Positions 17,742-33,595 of a stretch of 64,000 nt of DNA are shown one piece after another. The notes beneath the pieces are model-generated. The model searched no databases. It was given only the letters and a program-made list of their open reading frames with translations, and was not told the origin of the DNA. A program made the position numbers and the translations under genes. The DNA is from Pseudomonadales bacterium (GTDB lineage Bacteria > Pseudomonadota > Gammaproteobacteria > Pseudomonadales > Halieaceae), in contig JACKNU010000004.1 of assembly GCA_024234675.1 (NCBI GenBank), positions 21,031-85,030 of the forward strand, read 5' to 3'. Each line of letters opens with the position of its first letter. The stretch's first letter is position 1.

Positions 17742-18543
17742 TTATACCGGCATATACTCGCCGCCGTTGACATCCAGGGCGGCGCCGGTCACCACGCTGG
17801 CGTAATCGGAGGCGAGGAACACCGCGGCCTTGGCGCACTCGCCGTCATCGGGTATCACGCCCAGGGGGATATTGCGGGCCACGGCGGCGATCAACTCCTC
17901 CCGGGGGGTGCCGGACTGGCTGGCCTGCCAGTCAAAGTAGCCCTCCACGGCGGGCCCCCACATCCAGCCCATGTGACAGCTGTTGACCCGGATACCGTGG
18001 CGACCCAGTTCCAGTGCCAGGTGCTTGGTGGCACTGCGCAGGGCGGACTTGGAAGCGCCGTAGCCCCCCTGGGTGGCCAGGGGCTTGTGCTCGACCATGG
18101 TACCTATCATCACGATGGCGCCGCCGCCCGCCGCGATCATGGCGGGCACGCAGGCCTGGGTCAGCTGCATGGTGCCGAAAAAATTGACGTCCATGGCACG
18201 GCGCCAGCTGTCGAGGTCGGCCTCCGCGACCGGTTCGAAACTGCCCGGGTCGTAGGCGCTGTTGAACAACACGTCGATGCGCCCGCAACTCTCCAGGGCG
18301 CGGGCCGCCAACGCCTCGCACTGGGCCCTGTCGGCGATATCAGTGGGCACTTTCACCACCTGCGTCGCCAGCCCGCCCCAGGGCGAGGATATCCGCCTCG
18401 ACCGCATCCAGGTTGGCCTGGGTGCGGGCGGCCAGCACCACCGCCGCGGCGCCTTCGCGAGCCGCCAGCACCGCCAGTTCCTGTCCCAGGCCGGGGCCTA
18501 TGCCCGACACGATAACCACCTTGTCCTGTAATAACATCGCCAT
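17742..18543 (-). CDS. SDR family oxidoreductase (frameshift near 18376-18379 in this assembly)
   Basis: The N-terminal piece MAMLLQDKVVIVSGIGPGLG (18340..18543) and the body with YGASKSAL (17742..18407) are in different frames. Removing one G from a GGGG run joins them. Confidence 0.8.
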
Positions 18544-18584
18544 CCTCTCTTTGTATGGTTATTCAAGGGCTGGCCCGGCCGGGC

Positions 18585-22072
<3,488 letters not shown>

Positions 22073-22152
22073 CCCCCGGATTCTACTCTGCTTGCTGCGA
22101 ATGTTGTATGGCCGGGGGGCCGGATGGCGAAATTGGCGGTGCCTGGTCGAGT

Positions 22153-22752
22153 TTATTCGGCCTGCAGGATGGCCCGCACCGGGGCGAAACTGCGCCGGTG
22201 CACCGCTGTGGCGCCCAGCTCGCGCAGGGCGGCGAGATGGGCCGGCGTGGGATAGCCCTTGTGGCGGGCGAAGCCGTATCCCGGGTATTGCCGGTCCAGC
22301 TCCAGCAATTCGGCATCGCGCTGCACCTTGGCCAGGATGGAGGCGGCGGCGATGGCCGCCACCCGGTCATCGCCCTTCACCACCGGCTCCGAGGCATAGT
22401 CCCAGCGCGGCAGGCGATTGCCGTCCACCAGCACATACACGGGCTGCGGCTGCAGCGCCCGCACAGCGCGGTGCATGGCCAGCAGGGAGGCCTGCAGGAT
22501 ATTCAGCTCGTCTATCTCGGCCACGGTTGCCCGCGCCACCGACCAGGCCAGGGCCTGTTCCCTGATCTGCGCGGCCAACTGCTCACGGCGGGCGGCGCTG
22601 AGCTGCTTGGAATCGCGCAGCCCGCTGACCGGTCGCGCCGGGTCGAGGATGACCGCGGCCGCCACCACATCGCCCGCCAGCGGACCGCGCCCCACCTCGT
22701 CGACCCCGGCGACACCCGGGCCGTCGTAGTCAGGTCTGAACAGGTCGTCCAT
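22153..22752 (-). CDS. rnhB: ribonuclease HII
   Basis: 199 aa with [21 protein letters not shown] and DSKQLS motifs. It sits in the conserved position between lpxB and dnaE. Confidence 0.9.
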   Translation of the reverse strand: MDDLFRPDYDGPGVAGVDEVGRGPLAGDVVAAAVILDPARPVSGLRDSKQLSAARREQLAAQIREQALAWSVARATVAEIDELNILQASLLAMHRAVRALQPQPVYVLVDGNRLPRWDYASEPVVKGDDRVAAIAAASILAKVQRDAELLELDRQYPGYGFARHKGYPTPAHLAALRELGATAVHRRSFAPVRAILQAE

Positions 22753-23902
22753 CCTCGCCTCCTGTGTTACCAGCCAGCAGCTCCAGCAATGCCGCGGCCG
22801 TGCGCCCGGCGAAATCCTGGCGCAACTGCAAGTGGATGTCCTCGAAGGCCGCCTGTTGCGCCGCGGCTGCGCCGGTGCCGGCCAGCAGGGGCTGCAGCGC
22901 CGCCGCCATGGCCTGCGGCGTTGCGGCGCCCTGCAACAACTCCGGCACCAGGGCGCGCCCGGCGAGGATATTGGGCAGCGCCGCGTGAGGCGTCTTTACC
23001 AGCCGGGAGACAAGTTGCCAGCTCAGGGCGCCCATCTTGTAGGCCACCACCATGGGCCGCTTCAGCAGCGCCGCCTCCAGGGTGGCGGTGCCGGAAGCCA
23101 GCAACACCGCATCCGCCGCGGCCATCACCTCCCGGGACCTGCCGGACACCAGGGTGACCGGCAGCGATGGGTAGTCAGCCAGCAGGGGCCGCAGTTCAGC
23201 GGCGCGGCCGGCGCTGGCAGCCGGCAGCACAAACGCCAGTCCCGGGTCCCCCTGGTGCAAAAGGCTGGCCGCCTCCAGGAAAGGCCGCGCCAGCAGGCGC
23301 AGCTCGCCCGCGCGGCTGCCCGGCAGCAGCGCCAGCAGCCGGCCCGTTGGCGCCAACCCAAGCGCCGCCCTGGCACCGCCCCGATCCGGCCGCAGCGGCA
23401 ACTCGTCCGCCAGGGGATGCCCGACGAAGCACACCGGCACCCCGTGCCGGCGATAGACAGCAGTCTCGAAGGGAAACAGGCACAGCATCAGGTTCACGGC
23501 GCGTTTTATCTTGTGTATCCGGCGCGGCCGCCAGGCCCACACGGAGGGGCTGACCAGGTGCGCGGTGGTGACCCCGCGGGCCCGCAGCTTGCGCTCCAGG
23601 GCCAGGTTGAAATCCGGCGCGTCTATACCCAGGAACAGGTCGGGCGGGTTGGCGGAAAAATGCCTCAGCACCGCGCGGCGCATGCGCAGCAGCTCCGGCA
23701 GGCGCTTGAGCGGCTCGACGAAACCCATGACCGACAGGCGCTCCATCGGGAACATGCTGTCCAGGCCCTGGGCCTGCATCAGCGGTCCGCCGATGCCTTC
23801 CACCTGCAGCGCGCCATGCCTGGCGCGCAGTGCCTGCAGCACCCGTGAGCCGAGAATATCTCCCGACGCCTCCCCGGCCAGCACGCCGATGCGCAGGGTC
23901 AT
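22730..23902 (-). CDS. lpxB: lipid-A-disaccharide synthase
   Basis: 390 aa starting [16 protein letters not shown]..., in the conserved lpxD-fabZ-lpxA-lpxB context. Confidence 0.9.
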   Translation of the reverse strand: MTLRIGVLAGEASGDILGSRVLQALRARHGALQVEGIGGPLMQAQGLDSMFPMERLSVMGFVEPLKRLPELLRMRRAVLRHFSANPPDLFLGIDAPDFNLALERKLRARGVTTAHLVSPSVWAWRPRRIHKIKRAVNLMLCLFPFETAVYRRHGVPVCFVGHPLADELPLRPDRGGARAALGLAPTGRLLALLPGSRAGELRLLARPFLEAASLLHQGDPGLAFVLPAASAGRAAELRPLLADYPSLPVTLVSGRSREVMAAADAVLLASGTATLEAALLKRPMVVAYKMGALSWQLVSRLVKTPHAALPNILAGRALVPELLQGAATPQAMAAALQPLLAGTGAAAAQQAAFEDIHLQLRQDFAGRTAAALLELLAGNTGGEDGRPVQT

Positions 23903-23927
23903 GGTGGCGCCTGCATGCCGAAAAACG

Positions 23928-24698
23928 CTATCGAACGATACCGCGTTCTGAGGCGTGCAGCGATTCGATGAGCAGGCGCACCTCGGGCGAGCCGCTCATC
24001 ATCAACTCCAGCCGCTGGATGGCGATATCCAGGGTGAGCCCCTGTTTATAGACAATCTTGTAGGCCCGCCGCAACTGGCTGATGGCATCGGCCGAGAAAC
24101 CGCGCCGGCGCAGGCCCTCCAGATTGATGGTCTTGGCCTCCGCCGGCGCGCCACTCACCGTAATAAACGCCGGCACATCCTTGCCTATCGCCGTGCCCAT
24201 GCCGCTGAAGGCGTGGGGCCCGATCTGGCAGAACTGGTGCACCAGTGTGTAGCCGCTGAGGATAGCCCAGTCACCCACCTTCACATGCCCTGCCAGGGCG
24301 ACATTGTTTACCAGGATGGCGTGGTCGCCGATCACGCAATCGTGGCCGATGTGGGCATAGGCCATGATCAGGTTGTGATTGCCGATAGTGGTCTCCGAGC
24401 GATCCTGCACGGTGCCGCGGTGAATGGTGACGCTCTCGCGGATCACGTTGTTGTCACCGATCACCAGGCGGGTGGGCTCGTTGTTGTACTTGCGGTCGGG
24501 CGTGGCCTCGCCGACGCTGGAGAACTGGTAGATGTGGTTGTTGGCGCCAATGCGGGTGGGGCCGCGGATAACCACGTGCGGCTCGATCACACAGCCCGGA
24601 CCGATCTCCACGTCCGGGCCGATGAAAGTCCAGGGGCCCACCGTGACATCATCGGCCAGGCGGGCGGACGGATGGACGATGGCCTGCTCGTGGATCAT
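23928..24698 (-). CDS. lpxA: acyl-ACP--UDP-N-acetylglucosamine O-acyltransferase
   Basis: 256 aa starting MIHEQAIVHPSARL, with hexapeptide repeats, and in the conserved position. Confidence 0.9.
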   Translation of the reverse strand: MIHEQAIVHPSARLADDVTVGPWTFIGPDVEIGPGCVIEPHVVIRGPTRIGANNHIYQFSSVGEATPDRKYNNEPTRLVIGDNNVIRESVTIHRGTVQDRSETTIGNHNLIMAYAHIGHDCVIGDHAILVNNVALAGHVKVGDWAILSGYTLVHQFCQIGPHAFSGMGTAIGKDVPAFITVSGAPAEAKTINLEGLRRRGFSADAISQLRRAYKIVYKQGLTLDIAIQRLELMMSGSPEVRLLIESLHASERGIVR

Positions 24699-24701
24699 CG
24701 C

Positions 24702-25133
24702 TTACCGATCGGCGCAGAGAATGACGGCGGACGCCGCCAGTTCCCCGTCCACTTCAGCGCTGACCTCGAACCTGGCGATACCGCGGCGCTCCGAGAGCAG
24801 CCTGGCCCGCAGCATGATCCGGTCGCCGGGCACGCAGGGACGCTTGAATCGCACATCGTCGGCCGCGGCAAAATAGTAGATCGAACCGTCCTCGGGGGTC
24901 TTGCCCTTGCTCTTGAAGCCCAGGATACCGGCGATCTGCGCCATGGCCTCCAGGATCAACACCCCCGGCATGATGGGCTTATCCGGGAAGTGGCCCTCGA
25001 AGAAAGCCTCGTTGGCACTCAGGTTCTTGTACCCCAGGATCGACTCCCCCGGGACGAACTCCACCACCCTGTCCACCAGCAGAAAGGGGTAGCGGTGGGG
25101 CAGGTATTTTCGAATTTCGATGATGTCCATCAT
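24702..25133 (-). CDS. fabZ: 3-hydroxyacyl-ACP dehydratase FabZ
   Basis: 143 aa with [13 protein letters not shown] and [16 protein letters not shown]. Confidence 0.92.
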   Translation of the reverse strand: MMDIIEIRKYLPHRYPFLLVDRVVEFVPGESILGYKNLSANEAFFEGHFPDKPIMPGVLILEAMAQIAGILGFKSKGKTPEDGSIYYFAAADDVRFKRPCVPGDRIMLRARLLSERRGIARFEVSAEVDGELAASAVILCADR

Positions 25134-25141
25134 CTGGCCGG

Positions 25142-26167
25142 TTATCCTTTGTCTGGTTTTTTATCCCGCTGCTCCAGGCTCGCGAGCCGGCGCTGGATAC
25201 TGTCCAGCTGAGAGAACCGCACTGCGTTGCGTTTCCAGTCGCGGGTACTGCTCATCGGCGTGCCGGAAGAGTAGGATCCGGGCCGGGTAATGGACCGGGT
25301 TACCATGGTCATGCCGGTCACGTGGACATCGTCACAAATCTCCACGTGCCCTACCACGCCGACGCCACCCGCAAGCGTACAGTTGGCCCCTATAATCGTG
25401 CTTCCCGCCAGACCGGCGCAACCCGCGATCGCGGTATTTTTGCCGATGCGGCAGTTGTGCCCTATCTGCACCTGGTTGTCGATGATGACGCCGTCGGCAA
25501 GCTCGGTATGGCCCAGGGCACCGCGGTCCACGGTACTACCGGCGCCGATCTCAACACCATCACCGATACGCACCCCGCCCAGCTGGCAGATTTTCTCCCA
25601 GCCGGCGGGTCCCGGCGCGAAGCCAAAGCCATCGGCACCGAGCACCGCCTGGGCATGGACAACGCAATTCCTGCCCAGCCAGACATCGTGATAGATCACC
25701 GCGTTGGGATAAACACGGGTGCCGGCACCCAGCCGGCTGGCGTGCCCCACGTAGACCCCCGCGCCGACCACCACGCCGGCTTCCAACACCGCCCCCGGCT
25801 CTATGACGGCATGGGCACCCACCGAGACCTGGGAGTGAATGTCGGCCTCGGCGGATACGGTGGCGGTGGGGTGTATGCCCGCTGCGGGGGTGGGTGCGTT
25901 GTCGAACAGGCGGGAGGCGCGAGCGAACGCCAGGTAGGGCTGCTCGCTCAACAGGCAGTCGCAGGGGCAGTGCGCCGCCAGTTCCGGCGGCAGGATTACC
26001 ACGCCGGCGCGTGTGGTCGCCAGCTGCGAGAGGTACTTGCGATTGACGACGAAGGCGAGCTCGTCAGGGCCAGCCTCCTCGAGGGGGGCCAGCGCCCTGA
26101 CCAGCCTGCCGGCATCACCGGCGAACTCCAGACCCAGCCGGTCTGCCAGTTCCGCCAGTGAGTACAT
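25142..26167 (-). CDS. lpxD: UDP-3-O-acylglucosamine N-acyltransferase
   Basis: 341 aa with a left-handed beta-helix hexapeptide-repeat body, in the conserved position. Confidence 0.9.
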   Translation of the reverse strand: MYSLAELADRLGLEFAGDAGRLVRALAPLEEAGPDELAFVVNRKYLSQLATTRAGVVILPPELAAHCPCDCLLSEQPYLAFARASRLFDNAPTPAAGIHPTATVSAEADIHSQVSVGAHAVIEPGAVLEAGVVVGAGVYVGHASRLGAGTRVYPNAVIYHDVWLGRNCVVHAQAVLGADGFGFAPGPAGWEKICQLGGVRIGDGVEIGAGSTVDRGALGHTELADGVIIDNQVQIGHNCRIGKNTAIAGCAGLAGSTIIGANCTLAGGVGVVGHVEICDDVHVTGMTMVTRSITRPGSYSSGTPMSSTRDWKRNAVRFSQLDSIQRRLASLEQRDKKPDKG

Positions 26168-26173
26168 GGTGCC

Positions 26174-26692
26174 CTACTTCGCGGCCATCTGGTTGAGCTT
26201 GTCGGTCACCTTGGCGGTGATGCTGTAGCTGGCGTCGGCGTGAATCACGGCGCCGCGCTGCAGCAACAGGCCAATGCCCTCACTGGTGATGATTTCGCGC
26301 AGTACTTCCTGTACCCGCGGAGCGAGTTCCTGCAGCAGGGCCTGGCCGGCACCCTGTTCAGCCTGCTGCAACTTGCCGGTGACATGCTCCAGGTCAGCCT
26401 GCTTGCTGGCCAGCTTCTGGCGGGCGGCAGTCTGTTGTTCCTGGCTCATCACCGCGGCATCTTTCTGGAACTTCTGCACCAGTTCATCGAACTCTTTCTT
26501 GAGACGATCGAATTCGGCCTTGTCGGTCTTGTAGTCTTCCTGGTTGCGAACCTCGGCCAGCCGTTTCTGGGCAATGTCCGTCTGCAGAATGGCCTCCTGT
26601 AAATCGACCACCGCGATTTTTTCCTGCGCCATACCCAGGGCGGGCAGGGCCAGGATCAGGGTGGCAAAGCTAATCTTGAGTAGTGTATTCAC
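26174..26692 (-). CDS. skp: periplasmic chaperone Skp (OmpH)
   Basis: GTG start at 26692 after GGAGA. Signal peptide NTLLKISFATLILALPALGMAQ and a coiled, Q/K/E-rich body. Located between bamA and lpxD. Confidence 0.85.
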   Translation of the reverse strand: MNTLLKISFATLILALPALGMAQEKIAVVDLQEAILQTDIAQKRLAEVRNQEDYKTDKAEFDRLKKEFDELVQKFQKDAAVMSQEQQTAARQKLASKQADLEHVTGKLQQAEQGAGQALLQELAPRVQEVLREIITSEGIGLLLQRGAVIHADASYSITAKVTDKLNQMAAK

Positions 26693-26723
26693 GGTTATCT
26701 CCAGATGATGACAATAAGAAAAA

Positions 26724-29325
26724 TCAGAAACCACGTCCGAGTGTGAACTGGAAGACCTCGTCCTGGTCATACTCGTCTTCATTAAATGGCTTGGCCAGGC
26801 TGAAAGTCAGCGGGCCGAAGCCGGTAATCCAGGTCAGGCCGACGCCGACAGAGTAGCGCAACTGGCCCAAATCCAGATCGTAGCAGTTGAGCTGGCTGGA
26901 CTGGCAGCTGGTGCTGAACACGTTACCGCCATCCATGAAAAAAGCCGTGCGCACGCTGTTCTGGTCCTTGAGGAACGGCAGCGGGAAGATCAACTCGATG
27001 CTGCCCTCGACCAGCACGTCGCCACCGAAGGGGTCGCCGTTGTTGTTGGGCAGCTGCACCGCCAGTTTGCCGACCTCGGGCAGGTAGACGTAGCCGAACT
27101 CGTTGCCTTTGGGACCGCCGATCTGGGTGGGCTCGCCCGCCTCGTTGATGGCCGTCACCGGCTGCTGCACCTGGTAGGGAACCGCAGGGGTGCTGCGCGG
27201 GCCCAGGGTATTGCTCTGGTAGCCACGCACCGAGCCGAAGCCACCGGCGAAGAAGTTCTCGAAGAACGGCAGGCCATCGGTATCACCATAACCGTCGCCG
27301 TAACCCAGTTCGGTGCGCAGGCGCAGCGTCCAGTTGGTGAGTACCGGCATGGGGAAGTAGATCTCGCCCTGGTAGGTCAACTTGTAGAATTCCAGGTCCG
27401 AGGCCGGCACCGCCACCTCCAGGGCCACGGTCTGGGCCGCGCCACGGGTGGCCATCCGCCCCCGGTTCAGGGTGGACTGGCTCCAGCTGCCGGTAATGGT
27501 CCAGTTGAGGAACTCATTGCCGTTTTCGTCCAGGAAGCCCTGGCTGCGGGGCTGAATCTCGTAGGCCGGCGGCAGGGTATCGATGGGCTGCAGCACCTCT
27601 ACGCCGCTGTAGAGCCCGGTGAGGGGGTCGCGGGTACTCTGGAACCAGTCATCCACCGACTTGTCGATGCGGGGGCTGGCCTTGATTTCCTGCACCGCGA
27701 AGCGGCCGGCGGTCACGTCGGTATTGGCGACCCCGAAGCTGAAGCCCAGGCGCTGGGTCTCCTTGATGGGGTAGCCGAAGTTGATGTTGCCGCCCAGGGT
27801 GTTGGTGGAGTAGCTGGCGACGTTGACTTCCGACAGATCGGTGGAGCGGTAGAAGATATTGAAGCCGCGGCTGACACCGTCCTCGGTGAAAATAGGGGTT
27901 GGTGTAGCTGAAGTTGTACAGGTCCTGGTACTTGGACGAATTCAGGCCCACGCCGATGCGCTTGCCCGTGCCCAGGAAGTTATCCTGCTGCACGTTGAGC
28001 CCCAGGATGATACCCGCGTCCTGGGCGTAACCGATGCTGGCGCCTATGCTGCCGGAGGATTGTTCCTCCACCGCGAAGTCCACATCGATGAGGTCATCGT
28101 GACCGGGCACCTCGGGTGTTTCCACCGTGGCCTTGCTGAAGTAGCCCAGCCGCTCCAGGCGCACCCGTGATTGCTCGATGTTGGCCGCCGAAGCGGGCGC
28201 CGATTCCATCTGGCGCATCTCCCGGCGCAGCACGTCATCGGCCGTCTTCAGGTTGCCGGAGAAATTGATGCGGCGCACATAGGTGCGCTTGCCGGGGTCG
28301 ACGAAGAACTTCATAGACACCGTGTTGTTTTCCTCGTCGATCTCGGGAATGCCGCTGACCTTGGCGAAGTTGTAGCCATCGTTGCCCAGCCGGCGGGTGA
28401 GGTACTCCTCGGTGGCGGTGACCAGCTGCTGGGAGAATATCTGCCCCTCCCCCACCAGCAGGAACCGCTTCAGGTCCGCCTCGGGCAGCACCAGGTCACC
28501 CGACAGGCCCACGGAGCTCACCGTGTAGACCTCGCCTTCGGTGATGTTGGCGGTGATGTAGACCGCGTCCATGTCAGGGGAGACCGATACCTGGGTGGAA
28601 TCGATGGTGAACTGCAGGTAACCCCTGTCCATGTAATAGGAGGTGAGTTTCTCGAGGTCGCCGGTGAGCTTTTCCTTGGAGTACTTGTCGTCGTTGGTAA
28701 AGAAAGACAACCAGCCCGTGGTCTGCAACTCGAACAGGTCGGCGATTTCCTCGTCGCTGAAGGCCTGGTTGCCCACCACGTTGATGTGCTTGATCGCGGC
28801 GACCGTGCCCTCGTCCACGTTGATGTTTATCGCCACCCTGTTGCGCGGCTCCGGCAGGACCTCGGTCTCGATATTGGCGTCATAACGGCCCTGCTGTACA
28901 TACTGGCGCTGCAGCTCCAGTTGCATGCCCTCCAGGGTGGAGCGCTGGAATACCTGCCCCACCGCCAGGCCGGCGCTCTTGAGACCGTCCAGCAGCGCCT
29001 CGGTCTCGATGGCCTTGTTGCCCTCTATATTGATCTCGCTGATACTGGGGCGCTCCGCCACCACAATCACCAGCACATTGCCGTCACGACCGATGTGGAT
29101 GTCGTCGAAATTGCCGGTGGCGAACAGGCTGCGGGACGCGGCGCGCAAAACCTGCGGGTCGACCACATCCCCCACCGCCACCGGCAGGGCCGCAAACACG
29201 GTGCCCGCTGACACCCGCTGCAGACCCTCCACCCGGATATCGGCCACGATGAATGTCTGGGCAGACGCCTGCGGAGCCAGCAGCAACAGGGCCAGGGCTA
29301 AAACTGTGGTTATACGCTTAATCAA
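26724..29325 (-). CDS. bamA: outer membrane protein assembly factor BamA (frameshift near 27889-27892 in this assembly)
   Basis: The POTRA-containing N-terminal ORF (27649..29325) and the beta-barrel C-terminus ending ..FQFTLGRGF (26724..27716) are in different frames. The junction is YTNPYF|TEDGVSRGFNIFY at a T4 run. Confidence 0.92.
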
Positions 29326-29392
29326 ATTTCACTCGATTAACGGGTAGTGCCTGCGTGCCGGGCAATGCCGGCGCTGCCTCTGCCGAGGGCAC

Positions 29393-30751
29393 CTACAGGC
29401 GTGAAAAATCGTTATACAGTGCCAATATCATTATACCGAGCACCAGGAATAACCCCACCTGGTACCCGAGGGCCTGTATTTTCTCAGGTACGGGTCGCCC
29501 AGCCAACAGCTCAGCGAAGTAAAACAGCAGGTGCCCACCATCCAGAACCGGTATGGGCAACAAGTTCAACACTCCGAGACTCACGCTGAGAAGGGCCAGG
29601 AAGCCGATATAAGCCTCAAGTCCTGACTTGGCAGACGCGGTCGCCACTTTAGCAATGGTAATGGGGCCGCTCAAGTTTTTTGGCGAGATCAGGCCCACCA
29701 GCATCTTCTTGATCGAACTGAGGGTAAACACCACCAGGTCGCCGGTGCGCTCCAGGCTGGCGCCCAGCGCCTGCAGGGGCCCCCGGTCGAAACGACGCAG
29801 CAGTTCCGGGGGCATTTCCGGCAGTTCCACCGCCACCCCGACCCGGCCGATGGTCGCGCCGCTCTCGTCCTCGATTGCCTCGGGCACAATCTGCGCACTC
29901 AACAACTGGTCACCGCGCCGGTACTGCAGGTCGATCACCTGGCCGGGCCGCTCCCGCACGTAGTCGACCCAGTCCATCCATAACGGCAGCTCCACCCCGT
30001 CGGCGCTGAGCACCAGGTCACCGGGCTGCATCCCTATGCGATCGGCGGCCCCGCCCGCCACCACCTGGCCCACCACCGGCGGTACCTCGGGGGTGTACAT
30101 GGCCAGGCCCAGGCCGCCGAGGAGATCCGGTTGCTCCTCGCCGGCCAGCCAGCGGTCCAGTGTCCCCTCGGACTCATAGACCATGCTGGAGTCCGGGTAG
30201 CGCACGGCGAATTCTATGGTGCCGGTGTCGCCTATCCTGTCCAGCAGGCGAAAGCTCAGGGCCTGCCAGGTCGGCGTCTCCCTGCCGTCCACCGCCACGA
30301 TCTCCTGGCCCGCCTCCAGACCCGCGACATCCGCGATGGAACCCGCCTCCACCTCGCCAATCACGGGCGCGTAGCCGGTTTCACCGGCCATGAACAGTCC
30401 CCAGTAGGCCACGATGGCGAGCAGGAAATTGGCCAGCGGGCCGGCGCTGACCACCGCGATGCGCTGGCCTACCGGTTTGCGATTGAAGGCCCGGTCCAGT
30501 TCCTCCGGGGCGACCTCTCCCTCGCGCTCGTCGAGCATCTTGACGTAGCCGCCCAGGGGAATGGCTGAAATACTGTATTCAGTGCCCTGGCGGTCGGTCC
30601 AGCGCAGCAGGCGGGTGCCGAAACCGATGGAAAAACGCAGGACCTTTACCCCGCAGCGCCTGGCCACCCAGAAGTGACCGAACTCGTGCACGGCCACCAG
30701 CACCGCCAGGGTCGCGAGGGTTATCGCTATGGTGTAGAGCATATCCATCAA
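29393..30751 (-). CDS. rseP: RIP zinc metalloprotease RseP
   Basis: 452 aa with an [10 protein letters not shown] (HExxH) motif, PDZ region and C-terminal TM segments. Confidence 0.92.
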   Translation of the reverse strand: MMDMLYTIAITLATLAVLVAVHEFGHFWVARRCGVKVLRFSIGFGTRLLRWTDRQGTEYSISAIPLGGYVKMLDEREGEVAPEELDRAFNRKPVGQRIAVVSAGPLANFLLAIVAYWGLFMAGETGYAPVIGEVEAGSIADVAGLEAGQEIVAVDGRETPTWQALSFRLLDRIGDTGTIEFAVRYPDSSMVYESEGTLDRWLAGEEQPDLLGGLGLAMYTPEVPPVVGQVVAGGAADRIGMQPGDLVLSADGVELPLWMDWVDYVRERPGQVIDLQYRRGDQLLSAQIVPEAIEDESGATIGRVGVAVELPEMPPELLRRFDRGPLQALGASLERTGDLVVFTLSSIKKMLVGLISPKNLSGPITIAKVATASAKSGLEAYIGFLALLSVSLGVLNLLPIPVLDGGHLLFYFAELLAGRPVPEKIQALGYQVGLFLVLGIMILALYNDFSRL

Positions 30752-31962
30752 GCCAGACCTGTCTTGCCGCCCTGCCCGGGCAGTCCTGCAATGTATTCCG
30801 CGGCCAGTTGCCGCGCCTGCGCGTCTGCGGATTCGACCACGGACAGGGTGGTCGGTTCAAGCACCGGAACCTGCGCCAGAATGGACTCTATCACCCCGGG
30901 GATGCCGGTAAAGGCTATCTGCCCGTCGAGAAAGGCGGCCACCGCCACTTCATTGGCGGCATTACACACGGCCATGGCGGTGCCGCCCGCGGCAACGGCC
31001 TCCCTGGCCAGTCGCAGGCAGGGGAATCGCCCCTCGTCGGGGGCCTCGAAATCCAGCCTGGCGGTCGCGATCAGGTCCAGGGGCGCGACCCCCGCGTCCA
31101 GGCGCTCCGGCCAGCCCAGGCCATAGGCGATTGGGGTGCGCATATCCGGGTTACCCAACTGCGCCAGTACCGAGCCATCGAGATACTGCACCATGGAGTG
31201 AATAATGCTCTGCGGGTGTACCACCACGTCGACGGCGTCCGGCGGCAGGTCAAACAGCCAACAGGCCTCGATCAGTTCCAGCCCCTTGTTCATGAGGCTG
31301 GCTGAGTCCACGGAGATCTTGCGCCCCATGGACCAGTTGGGGTGCGCACAGGCCTGCTCAGGGGTAGCCGCGTCCATTCGCGCGCGGGACCACTGGCGAA
31401 AGGGTCCCCCGGAGGCGGTCAACAGCACCTTGCACACCCCGGCCAGGGAGGGCCGGGTGGACGCGGAGGCCGGCAGGCACTGGAAAATGGCGTTGTGCTC
31501 GCTGTCTATGGGCAACAGGCGGGCACCGGATTCGCGCACTGCAGCCATCAGCAGTTGTCCCCCCATCACCAGCGACTCCTTGTTGGCCAGCAATACGGTC
31601 TTGCCGGCCTGCGCCGCCGCCAGGGTGGAAGGCAGTCCCGCGGCACCGACAATGGCCGCCATGACGGTGTCCACCGCGGCATCCGTGACCACCTGCGCCA
31701 GGCCCGCCTCGCCCTGTAACACCTCGGTGGCGCAGTCTGCGGGCAGGCGGGCGCGCAGGCTGTCGGCCGCAGCTTCCTCCGCCATCACGGCATAGCGCGG
31801 CTGGAACGCCAGGCACTGCTCCCGCATCGCGTCTATCGAGGCATTGGCGGCCAGCGCATAGACACCGAAACGATCGGGATGACGGGCGATGACATCCAGG
31901 GTACTGACCCCGATGGAGCCGGTTGAACCCAGCACGCTGACCATGCGTCGCCCGTCAATCAT
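30748..31962 (-). CDS. dxr: 1-deoxy-D-xylulose-5-phosphate reductoisomerase
   Basis: [20 protein letters not shown]-binding motif in a 404-aa ORF. The true start may be the second Met at 31944. The stop overlaps the rseP start. Confidence 0.92.
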   Translation of the reverse strand: MIDGRRMVSVLGSTGSIGVSTLDVIARHPDRFGVYALAANASIDAMREQCLAFQPRYAVMAEEAAADSLRARLPADCATEVLQGEAGLAQVVTDAAVDTVMAAIVGAAGLPSTLAAAQAGKTVLLANKESLVMGGQLLMAAVRESGARLLPIDSEHNAIFQCLPASASTRPSLAGVCKVLLTASGGPFRQWSRARMDAATPEQACAHPNWSMGRKISVDSASLMNKGLELIEACWLFDLPPDAVDVVVHPQSIIHSMVQYLDGSVLAQLGNPDMRTPIAYGLGWPERLDAGVAPLDLIATARLDFEAPDEGRFPCLRLAREAVAAGGTAMAVCNAANEVAVAAFLDGQIAFTGIPGVIESILAQVPVLEPTTLSVVESADAQARQLAAEYIAGLPGQGGKTGLA

Positions 31963-31965
31963 GGT

Positions 31966-32802
31966 TTACCAATCCGCCAGCAACAGGCCGAGGGCAAACA
32001 CCGGCGCCGCGGCGCAGATGCTGTCGAGGCGATCCAGCACCCCGCCGTGCCCCGGCAGCAGGCTGCCGCTGTCCTTCACCCCGCTCTCCCGTTTGACCAT
32101 ACTCACGGTCAGGTCACCCACCACCGAGGCGAGTCCCATGGTGATGATGACCGTCACCACTGCCGCCAGGCTGATGTGGGCCTGCTGGTTGGGCAATTGT
32201 GACCACAGCAGCAGCGCCAGCGCGCAGCAGGCCAGCACTCCGCCCCAGAAACCCTCCCAGGTCTTGGCCGGGCTGACCACCGGCGCCAGCTTGTGATTAC
32301 CCCAGGCCCTGCCGGCGAAATAGGCACCGATATCAGCCGCGGCCACCACCAGCACCAGCACAATCATCAGGCCGCCGCCCTTGGGGAAACTGAGCAGGTA
32401 GACGGCTGCCAGCCACGCGGGGGCCAGCACCAGCAGGCCCATAAGGCTGCGCATGGGCACCGAGCGCCAGAACACCGCACTGCCCGGATACGACCTGATC
32501 CACAACAGGGCCAGGGACCACCACAGGCAGGCCAGCCCCAGGAAGGGCTGCACCTGTTCCCTTGCGGGCGCGGAGCCCAGGGAGCAGTAATAATAGAGTC
32601 CCGCCAGCGCACCGGCGACTGCCAGCACGTACAGGGCCCGGGCCACGGGGGCATGCCAGCCCGCCAGACGTGACCACTCCCAGGCACCCATCGCGACCAG
32701 CACAGCGAAGATCAGCGCCAGCCAGGGCAGCGGCAGGAAGGCGATGCCGGCCAGGAACAGGCCCGCCATGATGAGCGCGGTGATAACTCGCTGCCTAAGC
32801 AT
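31966..32802 (-). CDS. cdsA: phosphatidate cytidylyltransferase
   Basis: Start set at MLRQRVITALIMAG (32802). Polytopic membrane protein with the C-terminal signature KRESGVKDSGSLLPGHGGVLDRLDS. Confidence 0.9.
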   Translation of the reverse strand: MLRQRVITALIMAGLFLAGIAFLPLPWLALIFAVLVAMGAWEWSRLAGWHAPVARALYVLAVAGALAGLYYYCSLGSAPAREQVQPFLGLACLWWSLALLWIRSYPGSAVFWRSVPMRSLMGLLVLAPAWLAAVYLLSFPKGGGLMIVLVLVVAAADIGAYFAGRAWGNHKLAPVVSPAKTWEGFWGGVLACCALALLLWSQLPNQQAHISLAAVVTVIITMGLASVVGDLTVSMVKRESGVKDSGSLLPGHGGVLDRLDSICAAAPVFALGLLLADW

Positions 32803-33577
32803 CGGCTCCTCCACAGGTGACGTCCACAGGTGGCTCCCGCAGGCCGAAGCGGCGCTCCCGGCGGCTGTAATCGGCCAGCGCCAGGCCGAACTCCGCCGCA
32901 TCGAAATCGGGCCACAGGACATTGGTGAAATACAACTCACTATAGGCGAAGTGCCACAGCATGAAATTGCTGATACGGGCATCCCCGCCGGTGCGCACAC
33001 ACAGGTCCGGTCGGGGCAGGTCGCTGATCGCGACATGGCGGTCGATCAGCTGCGGCGTGATTTCCTCGGGCCGGAGGCTGCCCTCCTGTACTTTCCTGGC
33101 CAGCTTCTGCGCTGCCTGGGCAATATCCCACTGGCCGCCGTAATCGACAGCGATCACCACGGTCGCCGCGGTGTTGTCGACAGTCAGTTGTTCCGACTTG
33201 TGCATCAAGCGCCGCAGGCCCTCGCTGAAACGGCCGCGCTCGCCTATGAAACGCAGGCGGATGCCGTCCTCGTGCAGTTCCCGGACCTCGCTGCGCAGGT
33301 AGCGCGACAACAGCGCCAGCAGGGCACGCACCTCGGGTTGCGGCCGCCCCCAGTTCTCGCTGCTGAAGGCGAACAGGGTCAGTACTTCGACACCGTGCTC
33401 GCGACAGGCCCGCAGGATGCCCCGCACCGCCTCCACGCCCGCCCGATGCCCGGCCACCCCGGGCAAACCCCGGCGCTTGGCCCAGCGGTTATTGCCGTCC
33501 ATGATGATCGCCACATGGCGAGGTATCACCTGCGGCAGGTCGTCGCCGGATCCGGGCGAGGTTTCACTGATACCCAT
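32795..33577 (-). CDS. uppS: di-trans,poly-cis-undecaprenyl-diphosphate synthase
   Basis: HVAIIMDGNNRWA and ISNFMLWHFAYSELYF motifs. Confidence 0.92.
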   Translation of the reverse strand: MGISETSPGSGDDLPQVIPRHVAIIMDGNNRWAKRRGLPGVAGHRAGVEAVRGILRACREHGVEVLTLFAFSSENWGRPQPEVRALLALLSRYLRSEVRELHEDGIRLRFIGERGRFSEGLRRLMHKSEQLTVDNTAATVVIAVDYGGQWDIAQAAQKLARKVQEGSLRPEEITPQLIDRHVAISDLPRPDLCVRTGGDARISNFMLWHFAYSELYFTNVLWPDFDAAEFGLALADYSRRERRFGLREPPVDVTCGGADA

Positions 33578-33595
33578 AACGGGAAGCCAGGCGGC

